Made by a program: the position numbers and the translations under genes. The notes under the pieces were generated by a model that saw only the letters and a list, made by a program, of their open reading frames with translations, did no database searches and was not told the origin of the DNA. A stretch of 64,000 nucleotides of DNA from assembly GCA_963717505.1 (NCBI GenBank), contig OY970342.1:1376001-1440000 (forward strand). Direction: 5' to 3'. The number at the start of each line of letters is the position of its first letter. Position 1 is the first letter of the stretch. Source of the stretch: Candidatus Eiseniibacteriota bacterium. GTDB taxonomy: Bacteria; Eisenbacteria; RBG-16-71-46. Shown here piece by piece: positions 10,255 to 20,648 of this stretch.

Positions 10255-11856
10255 TCAACTCCATAGTCTTCGCGACAAGGAACGTCCCGCCAGCACCTGG
10301 AATCCTGCAGTCGCCGCGACCGCGATCACCGTCACCGCGACCATCACATACGGCGCCGCCGGCATGGACTCGACCGCGAACCCGAACGTCAGCCACCCGA
10401 CCGCCTGAGCCAGTAACAACAACGTCGAGAGCAATCGACCGGCCACGGTCAACATCGCGCGAGGATTGTTCCACTTGAAATTGCCGAACTCGGCGCCGGC
10501 CCAGAGCCCGAGCGCGAGTCCCAGGAGCAGGGCGGGGAGGGCAAAGCCCAACACGGCGGCGGCCTCGCCGCCGTCGAGACGGAAGCCCACGATCACAGCG
10601 GCGCCAGCCACGGCGACGATCGGCAGGGAGATCGCCAGCGTTCCGACGTAGCGGCCGAACACCCAGCGCCAAGCACGGACCGGAGCCATGCGCATCCACG
10701 CGATCCCTTGCCGCTCGAACGGAATCGCGCGCGATCCGACTTCGAACCCGAGCGCCACGGTCAGCGCCAGGAGCATCGAGCGTGCGATGAGCGTCGGCTC
10801 CATATCCCAGAGTGGCAACCCGAGCAGCGGCAGCAGTGTCCACATGAGGCTCATGGTCAGAACGTCGCCGAGCACCGTCCAGTCGCGCAGGAAGAGTCGC
10901 GTGTCGCGGACCAGCAACGCGGGCCCCAGCCCAGGCACCGGGAGGGGCAGCGGGCGCCGCGGCGCGCGCCGCCGTCCCGGGCCGGCAAGCACGCGTGCCC
11001 GAACGTTCTCGAGGGTTGCAGCACCAATCCACGCCGCGAGACCCAGCGCGGCCGCGCCGGCGAGCAGCGCCGCCGTCAATCCACGCAGGGCGCCGACCCA
11101 GTCGCCCGCGGCCGCGGACCCCGCCATGGTCGCGATGAACGCTCCCGAGCTCCAGCGATATGCGGCCGGCGGCGATTCCGAGAGCCGTTCCAGCATGCCC
11201 ACGAGGTCCGGGATGTCGTCCGCGAGGTTGGGGAGCACGAACGAGTGCCCGAGCCAGATCACGAGCAGCGTGAACGCGGAGATCATGCCGAAGGCGTCGC
11301 GCGCCAGCCGAGCGGGCACGATCAAGAGCAACCCGAGTGCGGCCGACGTGCCGAGGCCCATCGGAACCGCCCAGAGCGCCGCACACGCGGGGAGGATCAG
11401 CAACCAGGCCCAAGGCGGGCTCGGAAAGCAGACCGCGAATGCCACCAGCGCCGGCAACAGGAGCATCAACACCAGGAGGGACGTGCGAGGCACGACGTCC
11501 AGCAACTTGATGAAGAACAGCCACAATCCGGATACGGGGGCTCGGCGCAGCAATTCCAGGTCCGAGTCCACAACCAGAGTGCTCACCGCCTCGTGGAGAT
11601 CGAACGCGACCAGGCCGGTGAGCCCCGCGGTGAGAATCACTCCCAATGCGGCGGCGGCGACGTGCGGTCCAGCGCCGGCGTCGGCCAGGCTGCGAAAGAA
11701 AAGGGTGAGTGCCCCCGACACCAGGGACGCCGCGAACGCGCCGAGGAACAGCAGGATCAGCGGGCGGCGGACGCGCAGTGCGCGGGCGCGCTGACCCGAC
11801 CGGAACTGATTGACCAGGAGCAGCCAGCGGCTGCGCAGCACGACCGCGAGGTTCAC
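10255..11856 (-). CDS. ABC-2-type exporter permease
   Basis: About 12 TM segments, DLELLRRAPVS loop; directly downstream of the ABC ATPase. Confidence 0.8.
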   Translation of the reverse strand: MNLAVVLRSRWLLLVNQFRSGQRARALRVRRPLILLFLGAFAASLVSGALTLFFRSLADAGAGPHVAAAALGVILTAGLTGLVAFDLHEAVSTLVVDSDLELLRRAPVSGLWLFFIKLLDVVPRTSLLVLMLLLPALVAFAVCFPSPPWAWLLILPACAALWAVPMGLGTSAALGLLLIVPARLARDAFGMISAFTLLVIWLGHSFVLPNLADDIPDLVGMLERLSESPPAAYRWSSGAFIATMAGSAAAGDWVGALRGLTAALLAGAAALGLAAWIGAATLENVRARVLAGPGRRRAPRRPLPLPVPGLGPALLVRDTRLFLRDWTVLGDVLTMSLMWTLLPLLGLPLWDMEPTLIARSMLLALTVALGFEVGSRAIPFERQGIAWMRMAPVRAWRWVFGRYVGTLAISLPIVAVAGAAVIVGFRLDGGEAAAVLGFALPALLLGLALGLWAGAEFGNFKWNNPRAMLTVAGRLLSTLLLLAQAVGWLTFGFAVESMPAAPYVMVAVTVIAVAATAGFQVLAGRSLSRRLWS

Positions 11857-11860
11857 GACG

Positions 11861-12592
11861 CTACTCCGTGGCTTCGCGGGTCAGCGCCAGGAACACGTCT
11901 TCGAGCGTCGCGTGCGCGCCCTTGAGTTCGGCAAAGCTGCCCGCCGCGCGCGTGACCCCCTGGTGCAGGATCACGACGCGATCGCACAAACGCTCGGCGA
12001 CGTCGAGCAGGTGGGTCGAAACCAGGACGCCGAGGCCGCGCTGAGCGCGCTCGCGCAGCAGATCCTTGAGCACGCGGGCGCCATGCGGATCGAGCCCGGT
12101 CAGCGGCTCGTCGAGCATGAGCAACGGCGGATCGTGCAACAGGGCGGCGGCCACCGAAGCTTTCTGCCGCATGCCGTGCGAGTAGGTCTCGATCAGGTCG
12201 TCGGCGACGTCCGCGAGGTCGAGCCGTGCGATCAGCGCGTCGGCGCGAGCCCGACCCTCGGCGGGGGCGACGTCGTAGAGCGCCGCGACGAAATCCAGGA
12301 ACTCGCGCGCCGACAGGCGGTCGTAGAGGAAAGGCCGGTCGGGGACGAACCCGAACGCCGCGCGTGCGCGCATCGGCTCTCGAGCGAGCGAGGCGCCGGC
12401 AATCGTGATCTCACCGGCGTCGGGCCTGAGCAGTCCCGCGCAGCAACGCAGCGTCGTCGTTTTGCCGGCGCCGTTGGGGCCGAGGAAGCCGAGGATCTCG
12501 CCCGGCCGGACGTCCAAGTCGAGACGATCGACGGCGACGAACCGGCCGTACCGGCGCTGGAGCCCGCGTACAGCGAGCGGCGGGCCCGTCAT
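11861..12592 (-). CDS. ABC transporter ATP-binding protein
   Basis: Walker A GPNGAGKTT, YSHGMRQK, LMLDEP, STH. Confidence 0.95.
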   Translation of the reverse strand: MTGPPLAVRGLQRRYGRFVAVDRLDLDVRPGEILGFLGPNGAGKTTTLRCCAGLLRPDAGEITIAGASLAREPMRARAAFGFVPDRPFLYDRLSAREFLDFVAALYDVAPAEGRARADALIARLDLADVADDLIETYSHGMRQKASVAAALLHDPPLLMLDEPLTGLDPHGARVLKDLLRERAQRGLGVLVSTHLLDVAERLCDRVVILHQGVTRAAGSFAELKGAHATLEDVFLALTREATE

Positions 12593-13635
12593 GCGCTCCG
12601 ATCCAGCGCTCTCGCCAGCTTGGGCAGGCTCACGTCGTAGCGATAGCTCACGTTCATGTGCCCGTCGTCGAACTCGTCGTAGTCGTGAGGCACGCCCAGC
12701 TCACGCAGCCGGCGCGTGAACAGACGCGCACCCAGGTGCAGATGCCACTCGTCGCGGAAGCCGCAGTCGAGATGGAACGCTCTGAGCTCGCGCAGCGCGT
12801 CGGCATGACGATCGACCAAGCGCATCGGATCGTGCTCGAGCCAGGCCGCCCAGACGTCGTCGCGGAAGGCGCCCGTCTCCAGGTCGCACGGCAGGTCGAT
12901 GCCGAAAGGCTCGGTCGCCGGGTTGGGCGAATAGGCCGCCGCCATGCCGAGGATGTTGAGCACCGTGAAGTCCTCGTGTTTCTTCTGGATCTTGGCCTCG
13001 AAGCGTTCGAGCCACGGTTTGAGGCCGCCCGCTTCCTGCACCGCCGAACAGAACTTCGGCACATCACCCCGGTAGCAGTAGTCGAACACCATGTCGCCGC
13101 TGTGGCACGCCACCGCGCCGAAGACCTGCGGATGATGCATGCCGAGCACCAGCGCGCCGTAGCCGCCCGACGACTTGCCGGCGACCCCGCGGTGCTCGCG
13201 ACTCGCGAGCGTGCGGTAGCGGGCATCGACGTGGGCCACCAGCTCCGACGCAACGTGGTCTGCGTAACGGCCGGTCGCCGACGAATTGATGTATTGGGAG
13301 CCGCCGTAGCGCGTGAAGCAGTCGGGCATGACCATGATGATCTCGGGACAGCCGGCGGCAATCAGGACGTCCATGCGATCGTCGAGCGAGGGCGACCAGG
13401 GATTGTCGTTGAGCAGCATGCGGCCGCGCCCCATGAATCCGGTGAGCACGAAGACCACCGGATAGCGGCGCTCCACGTCGTGGTCGTACGAGGGCGGCAA
13501 ATAGACCGGCACGCGACGGACGTGAGGATCCCCGGCGTGGTTGCCGCGCAGCACCTGGCTGTCGACCGACTCGACCACCACGCGCCCGTGCGCCAGGGTG
13601 CCGGAGTTCGAAGCTCGGGTTCCGTCTCGAGTCAT
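12589..13635 (-). CDS. Alpha/beta-hydrolase esterase (Fes/putative esterase family)
   Basis: VYLPPSY...RYPVV, GKSSGG nucleophile elbow, DCGFRDE, DDGH. Confidence 0.85.
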   Translation of the reverse strand: MTRDGTRASNSGTLAHGRVVVESVDSQVLRGNHAGDPHVRRVPVYLPPSYDHDVERRYPVVFVLTGFMGRGRMLLNDNPWSPSLDDRMDVLIAAGCPEIIMVMPDCFTRYGGSQYINSSATGRYADHVASELVAHVDARYRTLASREHRGVAGKSSGGYGALVLGMHHPQVFGAVACHSGDMVFDYCYRGDVPKFCSAVQEAGGLKPWLERFEAKIQKKHEDFTVLNILGMAAAYSPNPATEPFGIDLPCDLETGAFRDDVWAAWLEHDPMRLVDRHADALRELRAFHLDCGFRDEWHLHLGARLFTRRLRELGVPHDYDEFDDGHMNVSYRYDVSLPKLARALDRSA

Positions 13636-15749
13636 GGTCGTCCTCCCCGGGTTTCCGTGACCACCGCGCGCGGCCGCGGTTCATGACGCTTCCACGCCCG
13701 CGCGACGGTCGAGTCCGACCGCAGACGCGGGAAGTCCGCGATCAGGCGTTCCAGCTCGCGGCGTGCGGCATCTTCGATTCCCGCTCGATCGAGACCGAGG
13801 GCCAGCAGGCGGCGGGCCGCCCCGTCGCCGGGATCCAGCCACACGGCCACTTTGAGCTCCATCAGCCCGTACTTGGGTGACGAGGCCATGAGCAACTCTC
13901 CCAGGATCGAGTGCGGCTCGGGTCGCCCCACGCCGTGCTCGATGGCGCGCATCAGGTGGCGGCGCGCCGCCAGCGTATCGGTCTGGCTCAGCGCATTGTG
14001 CGCGGCCGCAACATGCAGGCGCCAGTAGACCGAGTCGTCGCGGGCGCCGAACGCGGTCCACGCGGCCTCGGCGTCTTCGCGCCGGTCCCGCCACAGCTCG
14101 GCCCAGCCGAGCCAGTACAGGTGATCCATGCGCTCTCCCCCGGCGGCGATTCCGCGACGAAACGCGTGCGCCGCGCCCGCCGGCCGATCCAGCAGCAGGA
14201 GGTCGGCGCCGACCTGGAACCAAGGGTCGGCGGTGCCCGCATACAGCATCTGAAGCTCGCGCCCATCCCACCACACGAAGCGACAAGGATGATCGGCGGC
14301 GGTCGAATCGGAGAATCGCGTGTAGAAGTGCGAGGCCAGCGTGGGGTCGCGGTAGAGGGACCGGATCAGGGCGCCATTGCCCATCTGGAAGCCGGCCCAT
14401 GACGGCAGCGTGACGAAGAAGAAGCGGGTTTCGGGCTCGGGGTCCGGCACCAGCCGCACCAGCTGGCGCGAAAGGGTGTCGGTGTGTGCCGCCGCACGCT
14501 CGAAGTAGAACGACGTCAGGTGCGAGGTCCAGCTCCACCGGCTCTGAGCGATCGAGAACGCTCGCGTGCCGGCGCCGGCGGCGTGCCACCAGACGAGCCC
14601 GGCCGCCAGCCCGAGCAACACCCAGCGGTCGGCGCGCGCGCAGGCGATGCCGACCAGGATGGCGGCACCGACGGCGGCGAGCGTGTAGTAGTAGGAACTC
14701 CAGGCGTAGGACACGGGTCCGGTCGGGATGGTGAAGGCCACGAGCCACAAGCATGCAAAGGCGGCAAACCGCCGAGAGGCCCCTCCGGTGAGTCGGAGGC
14801 CCGCGTAGCCACGGATGGCGGAGCGGGCCGAGGCCTCAGTGAGCGAAGCAGGATGCGCAGCGAGCGTGCCGGAGGGGCCTCTCGGCGGTTTGCCGTCTTC
14901 GCCGATCAGGAAAGCCGCGGTCGCGAAACAGAGCAGCGGCAGCAACTCGGGCCCATGCGTCGCCAGCGAAGACATCCATCCCGCCGGGTGATCGAGCCCG
15001 AGCAGGCTCTGCACCGAATGGGCAAACGCGGCGGCGAAGGCCGGCAGCGACAGGTCGAGCGGTGCGGCGGCGGCGTGGCGCGCGCGCATGACCAGACTCA
15101 CCACGACCCAGACCAACGCCGCCACACCGAACGGTGTCACGCGACGCAGCGTTTCGGGCCACGCGCGACGGTCGATCCAACGATCCCAAGCCACCAGGGC
15201 TGCCGGCAGCGCGAGGGCGGATTCCTTGCTCGCCAATGCCGCGGCAAAGCACGCGAGCGCGGCGATCATGCGTCCGCGCCGGAACAGCGCGAACGCTCCC
15301 AGGCTGCCGGCGAGCGCCAGCAGGTCCTGGCTGCACGAGATCCACATCAGGTTCACGCGCTGGAACGGGATGAGCGCGAAGTAGAGAACGCCCGCCAGCA
15401 CGCCGGAGCGGGGCAAGGCCGAACGCAGCAGATCCGCGAGCAGCGCGAGCGCACCGAGGAACAGGGCGAAGTTGAACGCGTGGAATACCGCGGGGTGGCC
15501 GCCGGCAATCGGAGCGAGGGCCGCAAAGTAGATCTGCCTGGAGAGGGGCCGATAATAGTTCCCGAGCGGGCCCAGGTCGGAAAGCGACGACGCGAGACCT
15601 CGGGATCGCGCCTCTTCGAGGAACAGGTAGTCGTCGTTGAGGAAGGGTGCGCGGACCGCCCCGGCGTAGAGCGCGACCAGGCCGAGGGCCACCAGCAGGA
15701 CGGTGGCCCAGTGGCGCGGGCCGGCGAGCGCGGTTTTCACGGGCGGCAA
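13632..15749 (-). CDS. Polytopic membrane protein (GT-C-like N-terminus) with C-terminal TPR-like region; carries an in-frame repeat insertion
   Basis: FLNDDY, YYRPLS, ALASKESA motifs typical of TMTC/GT-C-like proteins; helical repeat C-terminus. Confidence 0.7.
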   Translation of the reverse strand: MPPVKTALAGPRHWATVLLVALGLVALYAGAVRAPFLNDDYLFLEEARSRGLASSLSDLGPLGNYYRPLSRQIYFAALAPIAGGHPAVFHAFNFALFLGALALLADLLRSALPRSGVLAGVLYFALIPFQRVNLMWISCSQDLLALAGSLGAFALFRRGRMIAALACFAAALASKESALALPAALVAWDRWIDRRAWPETLRRVTPFGVAALVWVVVSLVMRARHAAAAPLDLSLPAFAAAFAHSVQSLLGLDHPAGWMSSLATHGPELLPLLCFATAAFLIGEDGKPPRGPSGTLAAHPASLTEASARSAIRGYAGLRLTGGASRRFAAFACLWLVAFTIPTGPVSYAWSSYYYTLAAVGAAILVGIACARADRWVLLGLAAGLVWWHAAGAGTRAFSIAQSRWSWTSHLTSFYFERAAAHTDTLSRQLVRLVPDPEPETRFFFVTLPSWAGFQMGNGALIRSLYRDPTLASHFYTRFSDSTAADHPCRFVWWDGRELQMLYAGTADPWFQVGADLLLLDRPAGAAHAFRRGIAAGGERMDHLYWLGWAELWRDRREDAEAAWTAFGARDDSVYWRLHVAAAHNALSQTDTLAARRHLMRAIEHGVGRPEPHSILGELLMASSPKYGLMELKVAVWLDPGDGAARRLLALGLDRAGIEDAARRELERLIADFPRLRSDSTVARAWKRHEPRPRAVVTETRGGRP
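14762..14895 (-). repeat. Intragenic palindromic element, copy B: 87-nt core closed by a perfect 27-bp inverted repeat
   Basis: 14762-14788 is the exact reverse complement of 14869-14895. Core 14785-14871 (minus strand) matches 27049-27137 at 76/89 positions by manual alignment. Confidence 0.9.
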
Positions 15750-15851
15750 TCTAGCAGGCGCAAGGCCCTCACGCCGCGAGCCGGGCCTGCCGATAACCCT
15801 CGCGATTGCAACGATCCCCGCCGAGCCCCCGGGCCGGCACCCCGCGAGCCT

Positions 15852-17486
15852 ATGGAGAGACTCCAGGTGAGCCCCAGCGCCTCACGATCCCGAAGGGACT
15901 TGGGCGATCCCGCCCACAGCAGCCGCCGGAACGATCTGCTCAACCGCCGTGCCTGGCTGTTGTGGGGCGTCACGGCCATCGTCCTGTTCGCGCTGACGCT
16001 CACCGTCGCGTTCCTCTACATCCCGTTCCAGCGCATGGCGGGCGAGCTGGGCATCGAGCTGCTGCACAATGCGTACTACGCGCTGGTCGGCCTCAACGGA
16101 CTGATGGTCATCTTCCTCCTGTTCAGCGCGCTTCGTCACCGCGAGCTGAACGAGATGCGCCGGCGGCTGCGCGAGGAGGAAATGGAAACCCAGGACGCCC
16201 GGACCCGGCTGGCGGAGCTGTCGGCCATGTTCCAGCTCTCGACCATGCTCAACCTGCACCTCAATCTCGAGGTCATCCTCGAGATCATCGTGCGGCGCGT
16301 GGTCTCGACCCTCAAGGGCCAGCAGGCGTCGATCATGATCTACAACCCCGAGACCGGTTTGCTCGAGACCCGGGCGTCATACGGTCTCGAGAGCGAGTTC
16401 GCGCGAAACGCGCGTGCGCGCCTGGGCGAGGGCATCGCCGGCTGGGTCGCGCAGCGCGGCGAGGCCCTGCTGCTACAGAACCGGCCGGAAGGTGTTCACG
16501 CCCAGCACTTCAAGCGCGACCGCAACATCACCTCGGCGTTGTCGCTGCCCCTACGCGTGGGGGAACGCTGCGTCGGCGTGCTCAACGTCAACCGCATCAA
16601 TCATCCCTCGCCGTTCCACGAGCGCCATCGCGACATGCTCGGCCTGTTCGCCGAGCACGTCGGTGCCGTGATCGAACGTGCGGAGGTCATGGATCGCATG
16701 GGCACGCGTTCGCGCGAGCTGGAAGCCGACAACCGGCGCCTGGCCGAACTGAACCGGCTCAAAGACTTGTTCCTGGCCACCGCCAGTCACGAGCTGAAGA
16801 CGCCGCTGACCTCCGTCATCGCCTACGCGGAGCTGCTCGACGAGAACAGCAACCGGCTGGATCGGGAGCAGAAGAGCGAGTTCCTCTCGCGGCTGCGTGG
16901 CGAGGCCGGGCGCCTGCTCAACCTGATCGAGGACATCCTCGACCTGGCTCGGATCGAGAGCGGCAAGATGGTGCTCAAACGGGCCTCGGTGTCCCTCGAA
17001 ACCATGATTCGCAATGCGATCGAGACGACCCGCGGGCTCGCGCTCAAGCGAGGTGTCGAGGTGCGCGAGGAGTTCGAAGCCGGGGTTCCGGATCACGAGA
17101 TCGACGAGGTCAAGCTGCGCCAGGCGGTGGTGAATCTGGTCGGCAACGCGATCAAGTTCAGCCCCGAAGGCGGCACCGTCATCGCACGACTGGTGCGCGA
17201 GCCGCGCTGGGTCCTGATCGAAATCTGCGATCGCGGACCGGGCGTGCGCCCCGAGGACGCGCGCAGCATCTTCGAGCTGTTCGGGCAGGGCGTCGAGGGT
17301 GGCGCTCCCGCCGAGGCCGGACTCGGCATCGGCCTCCATCTGGTGAAGCGCATCGCCGAGCTGCATGGCGGCCACGTCGGCGTGAACAGCATGCCGGGCC
17401 AAGGCAGCCAGTTCTGGATCCGGATTCCGGCTGCCGGGGCGGAAGTCGCGCCCGACGAGACCGAAGCCACCGCCGCCGCCGCGTAG
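15852..17486 (+). CDS. Membrane GAF-domain sensor histidine kinase
   Basis: Two TMs, GAF (LGEGIAGWVA), H-box SHELKTPLTS, N-box NLVGNAIKF, DRGPG, GLGIGL. Confidence 0.92.
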   Translation: MERLQVSPSASRSRRDLGDPAHSSRRNDLLNRRAWLLWGVTAIVLFALTLTVAFLYIPFQRMAGELGIELLHNAYYALVGLNGLMVIFLLFSALRHRELNEMRRRLREEEMETQDARTRLAELSAMFQLSTMLNLHLNLEVILEIIVRRVVSTLKGQQASIMIYNPETGLLETRASYGLESEFARNARARLGEGIAGWVAQRGEALLLQNRPEGVHAQHFKRDRNITSALSLPLRVGERCVGVLNVNRINHPSPFHERHRDMLGLFAEHVGAVIERAEVMDRMGTRSRELEADNRRLAELNRLKDLFLATASHELKTPLTSVIAYAELLDENSNRLDREQKSEFLSRLRGEAGRLLNLIEDILDLARIESGKMVLKRASVSLETMIRNAIETTRGLALKRGVEVREEFEAGVPDHEIDEVKLRQAVVNLVGNAIKFSPEGGTVIARLVREPRWVLIEICDRGPGVRPEDARSIFELFGQGVEGGAPAEAGLGIGLHLVKRIAELHGGHVGVNSMPGQGSQFWIRIPAAGAEVAPDETEATAAAA

Positions 17487-17570
17487 CGCCGCGCTATGCA
17501 ATAATCCGGCGCCTTCGCCGGATCCCAATGCCGGCGTTCGAGTTGTCCGCCACCCCCGCGAGCGCGTTCC

Positions 17571-18230
17571 TTGTCCGATTCGACCGGTCCGACACAACCG
17601 CCCGGCTCGTCCGTAACCCCTGAGGGTGGATCGAAGCCCGGCGCCGAGCCCCGCGTCGAGGGGCGTACGCCGGCCCCCCCGCGGGCGGTGCTCGAGCGGG
17701 TTGCCGCGCGGGAGCCCGAGGCGCTGGGCGTCTTTTTCGATCACTATTTCGACCTGGTGTTCGCGCTGTCGCACCGGCTGCTCGGCGACCGCACACAGGC
17801 CGAGGACGTGACGCAGGAGGTCTTCTACAAAGTGCATCGGGCCGCGCATCGACTCGATCCGAATCGCGATCCGGCGCCCTGGCTCACGGCAATCGTCTAC
17901 AACGCGTGCCGGGACCTGTGGCGATCGGGCGCCGACCGTATGCGCCGACGGAGCGGAACGATCGACGACCCGGTGATCGCCGTAAGACTGACCCGCGGCG
18001 ACAACGATCCCGAACGCGATCTGCTCGCCCGCGAGCGCGAGCGGGCGGTCCGGGAAGCGCTCGACGAGTTGCCCGAAGAGTCGCGTGCCATCGTCCTGAT
18101 GCACGACTACCAGGGACTGGGTCACGTGGAGATCGCGGGGATTCTCGGCGTCGAGCACGCCGCCGCGCGCAAGCGCTACTCGCGAGCACTCGCGGCCTTG
18201 GGCCGGCTGCTGAAGGAGAAGTTGCGTTGA
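17571..18230 (+). CDS. ECF RNA polymerase sigma factor
   Basis: AEDVTQEVF, WLTAIVYNACRD, region 4 (LDELPEESR...EIAGILG); TTG start is uncertain. Confidence 0.9.
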   Translation: MSDSTGPTQPPGSSVTPEGGSKPGAEPRVEGRTPAPPRAVLERVAAREPEALGVFFDHYFDLVFALSHRLLGDRTQAEDVTQEVFYKVHRAAHRLDPNRDPAPWLTAIVYNACRDLWRSGADRMRRRSGTIDDPVIAVRLTRGDNDPERDLLARERERAVREALDELPEESRAIVLMHDYQGLGHVEIAGILGVEHAAARKRYSRALAALGRLLKEKLR

Positions 18231-19090
18231 ACGATCACGAGCCGACGTCCGCCGAAGAGCGAGACGCGCAGCAGGCGCTGCGGAAGCTGTCGCGCCCGAA
18301 GGCCGACCCGGTGGCCCGCGCTCGTCTTCGGCGGTCGTTCGCCGACGGCAGCATTCGGCCGGGCCTGACCGAGATCGTGGGTGATCCCAGGGTTCCGGGC
18401 GTCGCGCCAGCGCGCGCGCGGGTCACCCGCGGACCCTGGCTTGCCGACCGCCGGGCCCAGTTGGGTTTGGCGGTGGCCGCCGCGGCAATCGCCGTCGCGG
18501 TGCTGGCGCTCAACCGTCCAGGGAAGTGGACCGTGACCGACACGACCGGCGAAGGCATTGCCGTGGTCGATGGCCGCGCGATTCCGATCGACCACCACGA
18601 AGAGTTGGCTGCCGCAATGCGCCCGGGAGCGCGCGTGCGCGTCCCGGTCGGAACCGAGATCGAGGTCGCGAGTGCCGCCGGGCTTCTGATGCAGCTCACC
18701 GCTGGCACCGACGCCACCCTCCCGGCGCTTCCCGGCCGCTGGTTCAACCGGCGGGTTCGCGGTGAAATCCGCACCGGCGAGCTGCGGATCACCACCGGTC
18801 GATCGTTCCGCGGCGCGCAGCTGGCGATCGGCACCCCCGAGGCCCAGGTCGAAGTCCTGGGCACGACACTCGCGGTGATCCGCGAACCGCACGGGACCTG
18901 TGTTTGCGTTCTCGAGGGTCGCGTACGCGTCGGTCCGACCGCCGGCGACATGGCCGAGGTCGAGAGCGGCCACCTACGCTTCGTGTTCAACGACGGACGG
19001 GCCCCCGGCACCGACGACATGCGGCCGATCGAGCGCGAGAAACTGGGAATGTTGAAGGAGTCGAGGGGCGGCGTGCTGGACCGGCGCTAG
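18227..19090 (+). CDS. Anti-sigma factor, FecR-like
   Basis: TTG start overlapping the sigma stop with AAGGAG upstream; single TM; TPEAQVEVLGT...VCVLEGRVRV FecR-type motif. Confidence 0.8.
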   Translation: MNDHEPTSAEERDAQQALRKLSRPKADPVARARLRRSFADGSIRPGLTEIVGDPRVPGVAPARARVTRGPWLADRRAQLGLAVAAAAIAVAVLALNRPGKWTVTDTTGEGIAVVDGRAIPIDHHEELAAAMRPGARVRVPVGTEIEVASAAGLLMQLTAGTDATLPALPGRWFNRRVRGEIRTGELRITTGRSFRGAQLAIGTPEAQVEVLGTTLAVIREPHGTCVCVLEGRVRVGPTAGDMAEVESGHLRFVFNDGRAPGTDDMRPIEREKLGMLKESRGGVLDRR

Positions 19091-19115
19091 GGGGAGCAGG
19101 GGCCCTTGTTCCCCT

Positions 19116-20648
19116 CTAGGCGGCTTCGCGGCGCGCGTCCACCGGAAGGCCGTACTCGCCGAGGTCGCCCGGATACTCCTCGATCCGAAGCGCGCGGCGC
19201 AGAGTCCGCCCCTGGGTCAGAGGCATGAGCAGCGGAGCCTCGCCGGCCGGGATCATCCTACCCGCGGCGTCGCGGATCACCCGCACGCCGGGTCGCCAGG
19301 GATCGTCGGAGTTCACCGACACGACGATCGCGAACGCGCCGTCGTCCATCTGGACCAGTTGCCCGAGCGGATAGACGCCAGTGGCGCGGACCAGGGCCCA
19401 CAACAGCGCGTCCTCGAACTTGCCGCGGCACTCGGCGAGCGCGAGCGACAACGCCTCGTGCGGCGTCAACCGCCGACCGCGCTCGCTACGGTGCGCCTGA
19501 AAGCTCACGAACGTGTCGGCGACCGCGACGATCTGCGAGAGCACGCTCATCGATCGACCGACGAGTTCGTCGGGGAGGCCGACGCGCGCCGGATACCTGC
19601 ACCTCGCCGGCCGGTCCGCGGTCGCGGCGACGGACTCCTGAGGTCCGGGCACCCAGTGGTGCTCGATCGCGACGCGCACGCAGCGCAGCGTCGTCGGGCT
19701 CATGGCGGTCGAGCGCGCCATCCGCTTGGCCCCGGCGGCGCCATGGCTCGCCGCCGCGGCCCAATCCTCGTCGGTGAAACCGTCGATCGAACGCGGGATG
19801 TCGTCGATCGCCGATTGCCCGGCGTCGTGGAACAGGGCGGCGACGCCGATGTCGGCCAGGGCGCGCCGATCGAATCCGAGGGCGCGTCCCATCGAGGAGG
19901 CGATCGAACAGACTTGGACCGCATGGGTGGCGGTATCGTCGTCCTGCGCCCCGGCCGTCCAAACCGGCTCCTCCGATCCGCTCGCCTCCACGATCGGCTG
20001 GACGATTCGCTTGGCCTGCCGGAACTCGAGATCCTCCTTGTGCAACGCCTGGAACAGGGCGCGTGCGCCCTTCAGCGCGTGTGCGTGGCGGCGGCGTGCC
20101 GCCAGGCTCGGAAATTCCGGAGCCACCTGAGAAATCTCGGGGTGCGGACGCTCGTGGACGGCATCGGTTTCGTCGTCGGTCTCGTCGAATCCCTCGGCCG
20201 AGTCCCGCGTTACCGGCAGGACATGGCCCTCGCCGCTGGCGCGACACGCGTCGAGCAACGCCGAACCGGTGATGCCCGAGCGCAGGAACTCCTCGAGGAA
20301 TCGGTTCAGTTCCTCGCGCTCGAACCCGGGAGCGAACCGGATGCCGTCCATCTCGCGGCGTGCGAACTCGTCCAACACCGTGCGAATGAACTTGTACTGC
20401 GACGCACGGCTCGGAACCCGGACCTCGTTCAAGTAGAGCTCGGAGCCCAGGGTCGTGAACACGGCGCCCGGGACGATCTGCAGGATCTCGCGCAACGTGC
20501 GTTCGAGCTTGTCGACCTGCATCTGAACGATGTGGTCGCGCGCGTCGTAGACCGCGGCCACCCGCAGCACCGAAGACAGATGGATCGTCGCTTGGACCGC
20601 CAACTCACGCAGGCGTTCTTCGGCGGGACCCTGCTCGAAATCGCTCAC
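19116..20648 (-). CDS. HD-GYP-like phosphohydrolase domain protein
   Basis: THAVQV, AALFHDAG, EHH, IVAVADTF, GVYPLG; the GYP motif is degenerate (CRYP). Confidence 0.75.
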   Translation of the reverse strand: MSDFEQGPAEERLRELAVQATIHLSSVLRVAAVYDARDHIVQMQVDKLERTLREILQIVPGAVFTTLGSELYLNEVRVPSRASQYKFIRTVLDEFARREMDGIRFAPGFEREELNRFLEEFLRSGITGSALLDACRASGEGHVLPVTRDSAEGFDETDDETDAVHERPHPEISQVAPEFPSLAARRRHAHALKGARALFQALHKEDLEFRQAKRIVQPIVEASGSEEPVWTAGAQDDDTATHAVQVCSIASSMGRALGFDRRALADIGVAALFHDAGQSAIDDIPRSIDGFTDEDWAAAASHGAAGAKRMARSTAMSPTTLRCVRVAIEHHWVPGPQESVAATADRPARCRYPARVGLPDELVGRSMSVLSQIVAVADTFVSFQAHRSERGRRLTPHEALSLALAECRGKFEDALLWALVRATGVYPLGQLVQMDDGAFAIVVSVNSDDPWRPGVRVIRDAAGRMIPAGEAPLLMPLTQGRTLRRALRIEEYPGDLGEYGLPVDARREAA

